Source: Nitrospirota bacterium
GTDB taxonomy: Bacteria; Nitrospirota; JACRHJ01
Reading direction: 5' to 3'
DNA length: 64,000 nucleotides
Assembly (NCBI GenBank): GCA_021784575.1
Contig: JAJYHX010000001.1
Span: forward strand, 413,917-477,916
Shown: positions 30,256 to 40,640 of the stretch, one piece after another
Position numbering within the stretch: position 1 is the first letter of the stretch
Layout of the letters: each line of letters opens with the position of its first letter
The notes under the pieces: generated by a model
The model's database searches: none
What the model was told of the DNA's origin: nothing
Seen by the model: only the letters and a program-made list of their open reading frames with translations
Translations under genes and position numbers: made by a program

Positions 30256-31266
30256 GTGAGTCCCGCATACCTGGGGACGCTTGAGACGGCGGACCCGCTG
30301 TATTCATATCTTGTAAAAGACGTCATGCCGAAGGTGAGGCTCGATGTAAGGACGCCGACCTTCCATGTCAGCCGCCTGTCCGGTTCCAACCTTGTATACC
30401 GATACCGGGAAAGCGCGTCTCAATTAAACCTCATCGGCAAGTTCTATACCCCGGCCGAGGCCTCGAAAGGGCCGAAGCTCATCGGGGAATATCACAACCT
30501 CAGGAAGGCGCGGGCGCTGGGGCTGACGGGGCCGCCGAACAGAGTCGTCCGGCCTCTTGCGAGCGAAAAAAGCCTGGGGCTCGGGCTCCTGGAAGAATAT
30601 GTCGCCGGGCGCGACCTCGACCATTACATCAGACGCGCGGCTTTCGAGGGCAGGCACGACAGGCTTAGGACGCGGCTTTCGGACCTGGCCTTCTTCCTCT
30701 CGGAGTTTCACAAAAGGACCACCTCGGACTTCCCGCTCTCGCTTGGGCGCTCGTCCGATTATTTCGACCGGATACTCTCAAAGCTCGCAAAGAAAGGTCT
30801 TCTGGACGAACACCTGGAGAGTGTTTTCAGAAAGCTCAAGGAAGCGTGGCTTGAGCGCGACTGCATGAAAGACGACCGCCGCGTGCTGGTGCACGGCGAC
30901 GCGACGCCGACGAACTTCATCTTTCCGGACGGCCAGGGGTGCATAGCGATAGACCTTGAGAGAATGCGCCCGGACGACCGGATGATGGATATAGGGATGA
31001 TTTGCGGGGAGCTCAAGCATTCCTTCCTCTGGCGCACGGGCAACAAATACGTCTCCGAGGAGCATATCGGGCATTTTCTAAACGAGTATGCGGGGCATTT
31101 CGGCAATCCGCGCAAGGTCTTCGGTAGCATAGCCCGCAGAAATCCCTTCTACATGGCCCTGACGGAGCTTCGCATAGCCCGTAACTCCTGGCTCGACCGG
31201 GAACACAGGAGGAGGCTCGTCTCGGAGGCGCGCGAATGCCTCGCATGGGGGCTCAAGCTTTCATGA
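30256..31266 (+). CDS. Aminoglycoside-phosphotransferase-like (APH/ChoK) kinase
   Basis: VHGDATPTNF, IDLE; GTG start inferred. Confidence 0.8.
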   Translation: MSPAYLGTLETADPLYSYLVKDVMPKVRLDVRTPTFHVSRLSGSNLVYRYRESASQLNLIGKFYTPAEASKGPKLIGEYHNLRKARALGLTGPPNRVVRPLASEKSLGLGLLEEYVAGRDLDHYIRRAAFEGRHDRLRTRLSDLAFFLSEFHKRTTSDFPLSLGRSSDYFDRILSKLAKKGLLDEHLESVFRKLKEAWLERDCMKDDRRVLVHGDATPTNFIFPDGQGCIAIDLERMRPDDRMMDIGMICGELKHSFLWRTGNKYVSEEHIGHFLNEYAGHFGNPRKVFGSIARRNPFYMALTELRIARNSWLDREHRRRLVSEARECLAWGLKLS

Positions 31267-31288
31267 GCCTGCCCGGAGGACATAGGCT

Positions 31289-31999
31289 TTGGGCATAAAG
31301 GCGCTGATATTCGACCTCTACGGGACGCTCGTCAATATCCGCACGGACGAGCAGGACCCGGCGATATACTCGGAGCTAAGCAAGTTCCTCTCGTACAGCC
31401 ATGTGAATATTTCCCCGGAAGACCTGAAAGACGAATACACGAGAGGCGTCAGGCGGTGCCTCTCCGCCGGGAAGGAGCAATACCCGGAAGTGGACGTGCG
31501 CCGCATATTCACCGGCATTGTAGGGTCGAGGCGCGAGGGCAGGGCGGAGCCTCGCACGGCCCTCGTCGCGGCGAGGCTTTTCCGCTCGCTCTCCAGAAAG
31601 AATTTCGAGCCTTTTCCGGGGATTTACGGGATGCTCGAGCGGCTGCGGGAACAATACTCAATGGCGCTTCTCTCGGACGCGCAGAGGTGTTTCACGGAGC
31701 CGGAGATAAACCAGCTAAAGCTCGGGTGGTTCTTCGACCGCATATTCCTTTCCTCGGATTACGGTTTCAGAAAACCGGAGACGAAATATTTCCGCATGGC
31801 CCTCGACGCGCTAAAGGTGGCCCCGGAAGAGGCCGTATACGTGGGAGACAACGCCTTCCGCGACCTCTGGGGAGCGAAAAAGGCCGGGATGCGAGTGGCG
31901 CTTGTAAACAGCTCCGTCCGCGAATACGACGGCATAAAACCGGACGTCTACATAGACGAAATAGCCTCGCTTGAGCAGGCCGTCGCGGATATGTTATAA
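31289..31999 (+). CDS. HAD-superfamily hydrolase
   Basis: FDLYGTL, LSD, RKP, YVGDNAFRDLWGAKKAG. Confidence 0.88.
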   Translation: MGIKALIFDLYGTLVNIRTDEQDPAIYSELSKFLSYSHVNISPEDLKDEYTRGVRRCLSAGKEQYPEVDVRRIFTGIVGSRREGRAEPRTALVAARLFRSLSRKNFEPFPGIYGMLERLREQYSMALLSDAQRCFTEPEINQLKLGWFFDRIFLSSDYGFRKPETKYFRMALDALKVAPEEAVYVGDNAFRDLWGAKKAGMRVALVNSSVREYDGIKPDVYIDEIASLEQAVADML

Positions 32000-32108
32000 T
32001 TTAAATCAGGAGTCGTGGGCCGGGGGCAGGGGGCGGCAAGATTCAAATTCCTTTATGCCTGCCGCCGACGGCTGACCCCCGGCTTCCGCTTTGTAGGAGG
32101 GTTTTGCG

Positions 32109-32453
32109 ATGGTAAGGTCGATTGAACGCGACGAGCTCAGGCGAAAGCTCCATGAATCGCCGGGCAGGGTAATACTGGTGGATGTCCGGGAGAGGGTCGA
32201 TTACGAAAATGAGCATATAAAAGGGGCCATATCCATACCAGTCTCCGAGCTGTCCATGCGTGTCCAGAAGGATTTCGGCAAGGATATGGAAATTATAGTA
32301 TACTGCGGCGCTTTCGATTGCACGATAAGCACCAAGGCCTCGGAGATTCTCCTGAACATGGGATACGAAAACGTCATGGAGTATGAAGGCGGGCTTAAAG
32401 ACTGGAAGATTGCCGGTTTCCTGACAGAGGGGCCTGAACGCCTCGCCGCATAA
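32109..32453 (+). CDS. Rhodanese-like domain protein
   Basis: LVDVRE, HIKGAISIP, IVYC, YEGGLKDW. Confidence 0.88.
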   Translation: MVRSIERDELRRKLHESPGRVILVDVRERVDYENEHIKGAISIPVSELSMRVQKDFGKDMEIIVYCGAFDCTISTKASEILLNMGYENVMEYEGGLKDWKIAGFLTEGPERLAA

Positions 32454-32606
32454 GGCGCAAATTATCCTGAAACCCGCCCCCGGAGGCGAGTTTTTTTGTC
32501 TTCTTGCGCCCCGAATAAAATCAAGAAAATTATGGACAAAAAGCGGGCGGAGTGATAGATTATCTATCACTTTGTCGTATAGACGTTTTTTGAGACAGGA
32601 GCAGCC

Positions 32607-33614
32607 ATGTTTGTGAAACGCCTGGTAAGGACTTTTATTCCGTTCCTGATAGCGGGCGCCGTCCTCGCGGGGACTTCCCATGCCGCAAACGCCTTCAGGA
32701 ACGTCTCCGTGGGCCAGCACGCCCCCGACTTCACCCTTCAGGACAGCTCCGGCAAGGACTACTCCCTTTCGTCTTACTCGGGGAGGATTACGCTGGTAAT
32801 ATTCATCAGGCCGGACCAGGGGAGCTCCGTCAACGCGATGAAGATCCTCCAGAAGATATATCCCGAATTTTCATCAAAGGGTGTCGAGTTCCTGGCTATC
32901 GTCTCCGAGACCGACCAGAAAAACAACATACCCGTCCTGGTGCAGAAGGAAAATATTACGTTCCCGGTCCTGTTTGACGAAAACCGCAAGGTGTACGGCG
33001 CCTGGGGCACAATACTTTACCCCACAACCGGCATAGTCGGAAAAGACGGGAAACTGGCAGTCCAGGTGCCGATGTGCGACTGGAAATTCAAGGACACGGT
33101 CGTGGGCAACCTCAAACTTGCGCTGGGCGAGATAAGCAAAGAGCAGCTCGAAGAGGAGCTTAACCCGAAGGCCAACGAGACTGTCGCCCCGGGCCTGGCC
33201 AAGGCGCAGCGCCACATGATGCTGGCAGAAGACCTGATGAAGCGCCAGATGTACACGGACGCGTGCAAGCAACTTTCCGCTGCGGTCAAATCCGCGCCCG
33301 ACCTCACCGATGCGCATATAAAATACGGCTTCGCCCTCCTCAGCAAGGGAGATACGAAGAAGGCCGGGGAACAGTTTACCCTGGCGCTTAAGCAGGAGCC
33401 GAAATCGAACGATGCGAAGACGGGGCTTGGGTCCTGCCTTGTGGCGCAGGGGCAGGTGGATAAAGGCATCGAACTTCTGACGGAGGCGTCGAAGCTGAAC
33501 CCGCAGCCGGCCCGGGCGTATTTTGAACTCGGCAAGGCTTACGAGAAAAAGGGCGCCTTCGACAAGGCTGCGGAGTATTACAGAAAATCTGCGGAGAAAC
33601 TCGCCAACTGGTAA
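32607..33614 (+). CDS. Exported redoxin-fold (AhpC/TSA-like, no CxxC) + TPR protein
   Basis: Signal peptide, VGQHAPDFTL, FPVLFD, YPTT cis-Pro loop, C-terminal TPRs. Confidence 0.8.
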   Translation: MFVKRLVRTFIPFLIAGAVLAGTSHAANAFRNVSVGQHAPDFTLQDSSGKDYSLSSYSGRITLVIFIRPDQGSSVNAMKILQKIYPEFSSKGVEFLAIVSETDQKNNIPVLVQKENITFPVLFDENRKVYGAWGTILYPTTGIVGKDGKLAVQVPMCDWKFKDTVVGNLKLALGEISKEQLEEELNPKANETVAPGLAKAQRHMMLAEDLMKRQMYTDACKQLSAAVKSAPDLTDAHIKYGFALLSKGDTKKAGEQFTLALKQEPKSNDAKTGLGSCLVAQGQVDKGIELLTEASKLNPQPARAYFELGKAYEKKGAFDKAAEYYRKSAEKLANW

Positions 33615-33628
33615 GGTTTAAAGAACAG

Positions 33629-35425
33629 ATGACCGAGGAAAAGAACGGCGTTTTTAAAATAACGGCGGGCACCTTTGCGGGCCTCGCCGTTTTTTTTGGG
33701 GCTTTCACGGTATATCTCCTCACGCTCGCCCCGGAGGTGACATTCTGGGACTGCGGCGAGCTCTCCACCGCCGCGTGGTCTCTCGGAATCCCCCATCCTC
33801 CCGGATATCCCTTGTTCTGCATGATAGGAAAGCTCTTTACCTTCCTGCCGCTGGGGAGCATCGTCTACAGGCTGAACGTCATGTCCGCCTTCTTCGCCGC
33901 GGCAGTGGTATACGTCCTGTTCCTGACGCTTAAAAAAGTCCTTCGCGGGGCGCCTTTTGCCGAATGGCTTTCCGCCGCCGCCGCGCTGTCTTTTGCGTTC
34001 TACAGCTATTTCTGGGGCGTCTCCGTCGTGGCCGCCGTCCGCACCCTGTCGACATTCCTGCTTGCCCTGACCGCCTGGTTCCTGCTCGTCTTCGAGGAGT
34101 CCCAGGACATCAGGTGGCTCTACCTCTCCGCGTTTTTTCTGGGGTTTTCGCTTGTAAGCCACGAGAGCGCATATTTCATCATCCCGGCATTTATCATTTA
34201 CCACCTCTTGCGCCCAGGCACAAGGAAGGCCGGCGTAATCGCCGTGTCGGCGAGCCTGTTTTTGCTTGCATGGTCTGCGTTCCTTTACGAGCCCGTGCGC
34301 GGACATGCCGGGCCGATAATCGACATAGGCAGACCGGACACCTTCAGGAATATCCTGTGGACGCTGAAGTGGGACGTCTACGCCAACATGGTCAGGTCCA
34401 CCCTGTCGAACATCTCCTCGTTCTTTACGGGCGCAAGGATGGCCGCGGGCGCGGCGGGGCTCGGCCTTGCCGCCGTGGTCGTTTACCTGCTCAGGAAGCG
34501 GCGCTGGCTTCTGTTCATGGTCCTTGCCGGGGCGTCATTTTATCTCTGCATGACGTTCTTTACCCTGAACGCCACCGCGGTGAGGAAGATGGGCCTTCTC
34601 GACAAATATTACAACCCGGTCTTCATCTTCCTTATGCCCGCGCTGGCCGCGGGGTTTGCGTTTATGTGGGAGAGGTTCCCGGCAAGGAACAGGCTGGCGC
34701 CGGCCATTGCCGCAATTGCGCTTTCCGCGCTCCCGGCATTCCTGCTCGTCTCCAATTACAAGGCGCTCGATAACTCGAATAACTTCTTCGCGTACGACCT
34801 TGCCGGCAACGAGCTTAATTCGCTTCGGCCCTTTTCCGTACTATTCTCCTGGGGAGACAACGGCGTCTTCCCGATGTGGTACAGGCAGGGCGTCGAGAAA
34901 TACAGGGACGACGTTTTGCTCATACACGCCGAGCTTCTGTCATACGCCTGGTACATGGAGAACCGCCAGGCCGAGACGTACAGGAGATACGGCGTTGTCT
35001 TCTCGCCGTGCGCCCCCCTTTCGGACATCGGAAGCAATGTGGAGGCGATGGCCGCAACGCTGAAGAAGAGAACCCGCGTCTATTTCGATTTTTCCTCGGC
35101 GGCTCAGCTGAAGATCCCCATGACATCCCTGATTCCGCAGGGAGTGGCGTGGATGCTGCCGTCCGGGAGTCCTGAGCCCCTCGGGGAAATATGGGGACGT
35201 TATAATCTCCGGGGCGCCCTGGACGACAGTACGAACAAGGCCTTCGCGGTGGAGGGGATATTGAATATTTACGCATGGGAAGCGGCGGTGTGGTCCCAGA
35301 CCACGGCGCATCCGGCAGAGGCTTTAAGCGCCTATTTTATCGCAAAAAAACTCGGTTATAAAAACAAGCTTCTCGACAATTGGGCGATTTCGCTCCAAAG
35401 TAAGCTCGAAGGTGTTGGCAAATAA
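33629..35425 (+). CDS. DUF2723/TMEM260-like GT-C membrane glycosyltransferase
   Basis: YLLTLAP, WDCGEL, LGIPHPPGYPLF, YRLN, GDNGVFPMWY; many TM helices. Confidence 0.82.
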   Translation: MTEEKNGVFKITAGTFAGLAVFFGAFTVYLLTLAPEVTFWDCGELSTAAWSLGIPHPPGYPLFCMIGKLFTFLPLGSIVYRLNVMSAFFAAAVVYVLFLTLKKVLRGAPFAEWLSAAAALSFAFYSYFWGVSVVAAVRTLSTFLLALTAWFLLVFEESQDIRWLYLSAFFLGFSLVSHESAYFIIPAFIIYHLLRPGTRKAGVIAVSASLFLLAWSAFLYEPVRGHAGPIIDIGRPDTFRNILWTLKWDVYANMVRSTLSNISSFFTGARMAAGAAGLGLAAVVVYLLRKRRWLLFMVLAGASFYLCMTFFTLNATAVRKMGLLDKYYNPVFIFLMPALAAGFAFMWERFPARNRLAPAIAAIALSALPAFLLVSNYKALDNSNNFFAYDLAGNELNSLRPFSVLFSWGDNGVFPMWYRQGVEKYRDDVLLIHAELLSYAWYMENRQAETYRRYGVVFSPCAPLSDIGSNVEAMAATLKKRTRVYFDFSSAAQLKIPMTSLIPQGVAWMLPSGSPEPLGEIWGRYNLRGALDDSTNKAFAVEGILNIYAWEAAVWSQTTAHPAEALSAYFIAKKLGYKNKLLDNWAISLQSKLEGVGK

Positions 35426-35579
35426 CTGAGCTATTTCGCGCAACACGGATTTTATGTTTGAGTGAGAACGCAGGACAAGGCTTGCCGGGCATATGATAAT
35501 TCAATAATTGTTATGAGTATATAAATATAATTTTAGACCCGCAGGGAAATCGGCCGCAGGCTGACCTGAAGATGTAATC

Positions 35580-35610
35580 CCTTGATTATTCAATAAATTA
35601 TTAATCAAGG
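35580..35610. promoter_or_regulatory. Inverted repeat, candidate activator/enhancer site
   Basis: CCTTGATTA-N13-TAATCAAGG about 170 bp upstream of sigma54-like motif. Confidence 0.45.
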
Positions 35611-35775
35611 CGGAATGACTTCCATGTGGATTGTAATTTTGGGAGGGGGAGTGCAGAAATGTGTTTTAAAGCTATAATAACCCGATTTTGCTTGGATTTT
35701 TCGCCATAGCGTTAATGCGGCGGAGGGGATTATGAGTTAAGCTATGATAAAAATGGGAGATGCTGTTTTCCGGGA

Positions 35776-35792
35776 AAGGCATGGGAATTGCA
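35776..35792 (+). promoter_or_regulatory. Putative sigma54 (-24/-12) promoter
   Basis: AAGGCATGGGAATTGCA: GG-N10-GC with GGCA and TTGCA. Confidence 0.55.
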
Positions 35793-35874
35793 TCCCTATT
35801 GGGATGGCTTCAGTGCAACTTAATAGTAAAAAATCCTGAAAACGGATTTTTTTAATAGGTTTGGAGGTAGGAAA

Positions 35875-37551
35875 ATGAAGGGTGGATACTTCGTGAAACC
35901 GTTGTTGTTTGCTTTAGTTTTCGGGGTGTTTATTGCCGGAGCGGTCCCGGCCTTCGCCGGCGGCGTTAAGTTCATGGGCGGATATCCAAGGCGTGAAGGC
36001 AAGTCCGTCCTTATGCAATGGCTTCCCGTTCACGGGGCATCGGCATACAAGGTCTACCGGGCCGAAGGACGCATGAAGGCCAGGGTCATAGGCGAGCCGA
36101 AGGTCAACAGGTTTATAGACAAGAGCCTCCCGGCGGGCAAGACCCTGCATTATTACGTCTCCGCGGTTATCGGCGGGAAAGAGTCCTCGAAGACGACGGT
36201 ATGGAGCACAACCACCGCCTCGAAGGCGCCTAAAAAAGTCTTTATTCCCCTTAAGACGCCAAGGCTCGCCGGCCTTCATCTGAAGCCGGAGCCCGGCAAC
36301 AAATACTCCGTCGGGATGAGGTGGGAAAACGCCGGCGGGACAAACTTTGTCGGTGTAAATATTTACCGCTCCACCGTAAAAGGCAAGGATTTCGCCCTCA
36401 TAGGCTCATCTTCCAGCGACATGTACAACGACAAAAACGTAAAGCCCGGCATGACATACTACTATGTCGCGACGTCCGTGGACAGCCAGTTCCACGAGAC
36501 CAGATATTCAAACGAGCTTTCGGTATCGATTCCATCTCCCGCAGCGCTGGCGGCTGAGCAGAAACAGGCCGAAAAAGAAGACGAGCCGGTAAAAATGAGG
36601 CCGGCGAAGCTCCTCTTCCGGATACCCGACAGCGAGGAATCTAAAAACAAGGATGAAATACCTTACGCGGCCATGTCCGTGGCCGTCGATGAGGCGGTTG
36701 GACACATATACGTCACTTCAGTGGTCTACGGCGGCGTCCTGGTATACAACCTCGACGGCAAATACCAGTTCGGCATCCGCAAGGACGGCGTGGACGGCAA
36801 GGAAAAATTCGGCACCGCGATGGGCGTGGCTGTCGGCAAGGGCGGCGATATTTACGTGTCCGATTACAGCGGCCCGACGGTAAGCATATTCGATTTCACG
36901 GGCAAGCCCGTCGGGACGATAAACATAGACACCACCAAAATGCCGGAATACAGCGACGTCCTGAGGAACCATGCCAGGAACCACAGCATAGCCATTGCAA
37001 AGGATGGAAGGATGTACATATGCGACCCGGCCGTCAATTCGATACACGTCTATAACGCCGCCAACAACAGACACATAACCGATTTCCGTGGCGCAAGGAA
37101 CGCGATGGAAGAAAAGAAATTCCACACGAAGCTTTTGCTGAACGGGCCGGCATATAGCGCAATACTGAATAATGGAGACCTGGCAATAGTGGATTCCGGG
37201 ATCGCCAGGATTGATGTATTGGACAAAGAGGGGCATCTTGTAAACCATATCGGGGAATACGGCGAGGGCGCGGGCGAACTCTACTTCCCGTCCGGCGTGG
37301 CGGTCGACAGGAAAGGCGATGTTTTTGTCGGACTGGCGCAGTCCCCGAACATACAGGTGTTCAGCCCGGAGGGCAAGTTCCTCTATGCGCTTAGCAATGA
37401 ATCTGCAAACGGGCCTTTGCCGATACAGTCCTCCGGCGGCCTGGCCGTAGACAGCCACGACAGGCTTTACGTGGCCGAGACGATGGCCGGCAGGGTCTCG
37501 GTATTCCAGCTTCAGGGGAATACCAGGGACATTAAGACGGGAGTAAAGTAA
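35875..37551 (+). CDS. Exported FN3 x2 + NHL beta-propeller protein
   Basis: Signal peptide; W...YKVYR...F-D...YYV FN3 pattern twice; FPSGVAVD-type NHL repeats. Confidence 0.85.
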   Translation: MKGGYFVKPLLFALVFGVFIAGAVPAFAGGVKFMGGYPRREGKSVLMQWLPVHGASAYKVYRAEGRMKARVIGEPKVNRFIDKSLPAGKTLHYYVSAVIGGKESSKTTVWSTTTASKAPKKVFIPLKTPRLAGLHLKPEPGNKYSVGMRWENAGGTNFVGVNIYRSTVKGKDFALIGSSSSDMYNDKNVKPGMTYYYVATSVDSQFHETRYSNELSVSIPSPAALAAEQKQAEKEDEPVKMRPAKLLFRIPDSEESKNKDEIPYAAMSVAVDEAVGHIYVTSVVYGGVLVYNLDGKYQFGIRKDGVDGKEKFGTAMGVAVGKGGDIYVSDYSGPTVSIFDFTGKPVGTINIDTTKMPEYSDVLRNHARNHSIAIAKDGRMYICDPAVNSIHVYNAANNRHITDFRGARNAMEEKKFHTKLLLNGPAYSAILNNGDLAIVDSGIARIDVLDKEGHLVNHIGEYGEGAGELYFPSGVAVDRKGDVFVGLAQSPNIQVFSPEGKFLYALSNESANGPLPIQSSGGLAVDSHDRLYVAETMAGRVSVFQLQGNTRDIKTGVK

Positions 37552-37681
37552 TCGTTTTCTTTGGAGTATCAAGGTATTGAGAGATTATGGAATCTATAAA
37601 TTTCGACAAGGAAGGGAGGTGAAGATTTTTTAGGGAGAAGTATCGTTAGCGCATTTTTTTCAATCAAACAGGAGAGTAGAG

Positions 37682-40609
37682 ATGAAAAGATTATTAACGG
37701 TTCTAATCGCGGCGGCGGTGGTGCTTACGGCCTACCCGGCGTTCGCGATGATTCTCGGGTCGCCGCACGACTTCACTGGGCAGGCAGGCGCCGGCACCTA
37801 CGTTTACGGCACCTGCGATACATGCCACGTGCCGCACGCCGCGAAAGAGAGAAAACGTTTGTGGAATAACGTCACCGGCATTACAATAGGAGGCACCCCT
37901 TGGGGCAGCACCACGAAGGGCATAGGCCTTCTCTGCGGAAGCTGCCACTATGGAAACGCTTTTACGGTCGCGAACATTGGAGGCAGGCCGGCTGACAATA
38001 TGGCCAATCTTGCCTATGCCGCCACCTCTCACGGCGACAACCTGGGTGTCCTCGAAGGAACCGCCGCGGGCGACCTCAACGACACCGCTGGCGCCGCGCC
38101 CGACGCGACCCTGCCTTACACCCAGACCGCATCGAACACCATCGAATGCACCTCGTGCCACAACCCGCACCAGGACGGCGGCCCGGGCGGCGAAGCCAGT
38201 CCAAGCACCGGCATCAGGCCGTTCCTTCGCGCCGATACCGGCGTCACCGACATTTCCGATTTCTGCGCCGAGTGTCATAAGTCGAGGGTAAACAACCCGG
38301 TCAATTCCCTCAGCACAAACGACTACCAGAACGGCGACCCGACAGGCGCAGCGACGGCTTCAATGTCGGACTTTACCAGGAACCACCCGGTAAATGTTCT
38401 GTATGGCGACGACCCATCTAACGGCATCGGCTGGTTCAAGAACCAGCCTGCCGGCGGCCCGCTCACGACCGTCGTCTACGGCAAAAATGCGACCAACAAC
38501 GCCCTCATCGGCTGGTCCCTGGGCGGCAAGATGCAGAACACCGACGGCAGCATTCCGTCAACCGCATATACTGAAAACGCCGGCAGTACTCCCGATGCAA
38601 ATAACGTATTGGGCGGCACGAGCCAGGGAGCGCAGCAAATAGGCTGCATGACCTGCCACTCCATACACAAGCCTGGCGACAGCAACGGGTATGTAGGGTC
38701 TGACGCGGGTCTGAGCACCGGAACCGGTAGCTATCAGGCTCTCTGGCTTCTTGCGGTGGGCAACAGCGGCCAGGGCGGCGATTACAGGTCTGACCTCTGC
38801 GAGACCTGCCACGGCCAGGCTATTTCGACAAGCGCCACCACCTGGGATACGAGGGCGGGCGGCGTTGCGCCGAGCACCACTGGAGGCTATGACCACCCGA
38901 TAGACGGCCCGATTGCCGGCACATATCTCACCACCTTCATCACCGCATGGTCTATGGAGACAAACGGCAATACCACTTTCGGCCTTAACAGCCTCCGCAC
39001 CAGGGCCGAGCGCGTGCCGGCCGGCACATCTGCCACATGGCCCGCGGGCAACATGGGGTCTGCCACGCCCCAGATTATTTGCACCTCCTGCCACAGCGCC
39101 CATCATGCCGGGTCAAGGCTGAGGAGGATGAATGGTGATGTGAATGACTGGTGCAAGTCCTGCCATCCGTCGGTATCTCCGCTCGGGCATCACTCCAATC
39201 ACGCGAACGACTACCTTTCGGTGCTCGTGTGCTCAAACTGTCATACCGATGTGCCGGCTCTGAGCGGCGGCACGTATACTGTAAATGGGGTCGCTGAGAC
39301 CTCGTCAGGCCTGGCCCATAACGGCTTCGTCTACTATAACCTTGGCGGCGACAATATGGGCTCCACCCCGCTTGCCACCAATACAAATGGTGTGACTGTT
39401 TCCGAACCGTCTACGCAGTTGGCCAATGGATCCGGCTGTTCCTACTGCCATGCTATCGCGAAGGAACAAATAACATATCCGAATACTCAGAGTGCTACTA
39501 ATCCCGGTTATGCGGTGCCGCCGGTAAACAGGCTGGGCGACGTGACTAATTCGTATCAGGTGAACCACTACCTCGGCCAGTTTGACACCAACGCCAAGTC
39601 TGGTGTATCCATAAACGTCAAGACCGGGGCCTGGAACAGCTACCAGATGCTCCCGAACCACAAGGGCGAGCAAAGGGACTACTCCAAGTTCGGCAATTCC
39701 ACCGGCATCGGGAAGCGCGCAGCCGGCTGGTTACTCACCTGCGAGTCCTGCCATTCGATACTCGGCAACATAGGCAGGGAGGCGCCGGGACAAGGAGCGC
39801 CGATACTCGCCGGCATATCGTCCGGATGGGAGAACAACCTGCTCCTGGAGGACTACCAGGACGACAGCTACTACGGCAATGGAGCGGCAAGCGATCCTAC
39901 GTCCACCACAGCGACTGCTGGTGTAAACGCCGGCAACGGGATCACCTGGGCGACCCAGGCGAACGCCCTGAGCGTCGGTTCCGGTCTGTGCATAGCCTGT
40001 CATAATCAGGGCGGCGCACAGTACAACCAGGGCGCGGCCAACGGCACGGTGCCGGACTACGCAATTCAGGATCCTACGGTTGCGCCTCTGAACATGCACC
40101 CGATGACCGGATGGTCGATAACCAGGGCTCAGGACGCGGGCAGGACAACCGGTAACGGTTTCTTCCTGACCACGGACCAGGATGGGACAACCGATGACCT
40201 TTCTTACGCCAACAACCCGCAGCTTACTACCGGAGGCGCTTATGGGACGACTGGCGCTCCGGCGAAGAAGACCGGCGGATCGGTCGGGCTTGGCGCGGGT
40301 GAGGGCGCGGTATCCTATCCCGTAACTCCGGGCTCGTTGCATACGTCGAACGGCGATCCCCTTACATACTCTGGCGCTATGGACTGCGACAGCTGCCACA
40401 GGCCGCACAACGCGCCTTCCGGCGCCTGGTTGCCCGCGTCCGAAATAAAGACGCGCACACTCAGCAGCAGCGCCATCGGGAACGGCGCAGTCGATACCAC
40501 GGTGACAGGGGCTGTGGGTGTGCCGGTTATACTTGAGTACGCTAATACCGCTCAGGGTACCACCGCTGACAATACCGGGACCCTGTGCGAGCAGTGTCAC
40601 AGCTATTAG
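37682..40609 (+). CDS. 14-heme c-type cytochrome, OmcE-like N-terminus, S/T/G/A/N-rich
   Basis: Sec signal, 14 CxxCH counted, SPHDF..CxxCHVPH..LWN..ECTSCHNPH..PFLR pattern. Confidence 0.92.
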   Translation: MKRLLTVLIAAAVVLTAYPAFAMILGSPHDFTGQAGAGTYVYGTCDTCHVPHAAKERKRLWNNVTGITIGGTPWGSTTKGIGLLCGSCHYGNAFTVANIGGRPADNMANLAYAATSHGDNLGVLEGTAAGDLNDTAGAAPDATLPYTQTASNTIECTSCHNPHQDGGPGGEASPSTGIRPFLRADTGVTDISDFCAECHKSRVNNPVNSLSTNDYQNGDPTGAATASMSDFTRNHPVNVLYGDDPSNGIGWFKNQPAGGPLTTVVYGKNATNNALIGWSLGGKMQNTDGSIPSTAYTENAGSTPDANNVLGGTSQGAQQIGCMTCHSIHKPGDSNGYVGSDAGLSTGTGSYQALWLLAVGNSGQGGDYRSDLCETCHGQAISTSATTWDTRAGGVAPSTTGGYDHPIDGPIAGTYLTTFITAWSMETNGNTTFGLNSLRTRAERVPAGTSATWPAGNMGSATPQIICTSCHSAHHAGSRLRRMNGDVNDWCKSCHPSVSPLGHHSNHANDYLSVLVCSNCHTDVPALSGGTYTVNGVAETSSGLAHNGFVYYNLGGDNMGSTPLATNTNGVTVSEPSTQLANGSGCSYCHAIAKEQITYPNTQSATNPGYAVPPVNRLGDVTNSYQVNHYLGQFDTNAKSGVSINVKTGAWNSYQMLPNHKGEQRDYSKFGNSTGIGKRAAGWLLTCESCHSILGNIGREAPGQGAPILAGISSGWENNLLLEDYQDDSYYGNGAASDPTSTTATAGVNAGNGITWATQANALSVGSGLCIACHNQGGAQYNQGAANGTVPDYAIQDPTVAPLNMHPMTGWSITRAQDAGRTTGNGFFLTTDQDGTTDDLSYANNPQLTTGGAYGTTGAPAKKTGGSVGLGAGEGAVSYPVTPGSLHTSNGDPLTYSGAMDCDSCHRPHNAPSGAWLPASEIKTRTLSSSAIGNGAVDTTVTGAVGVPVILEYANTAQGTTADNTGTLCEQCHSY

Positions 40610-40640
40610 TGGGTTGTGCCGGAAACTGACAACCATGACG

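Noticed and set aside
30256-31266. Aminoglycoside resistance gene
   Set aside because: Only the generic APH/ChoK fold motifs are present, in a chromosomal housekeeping context
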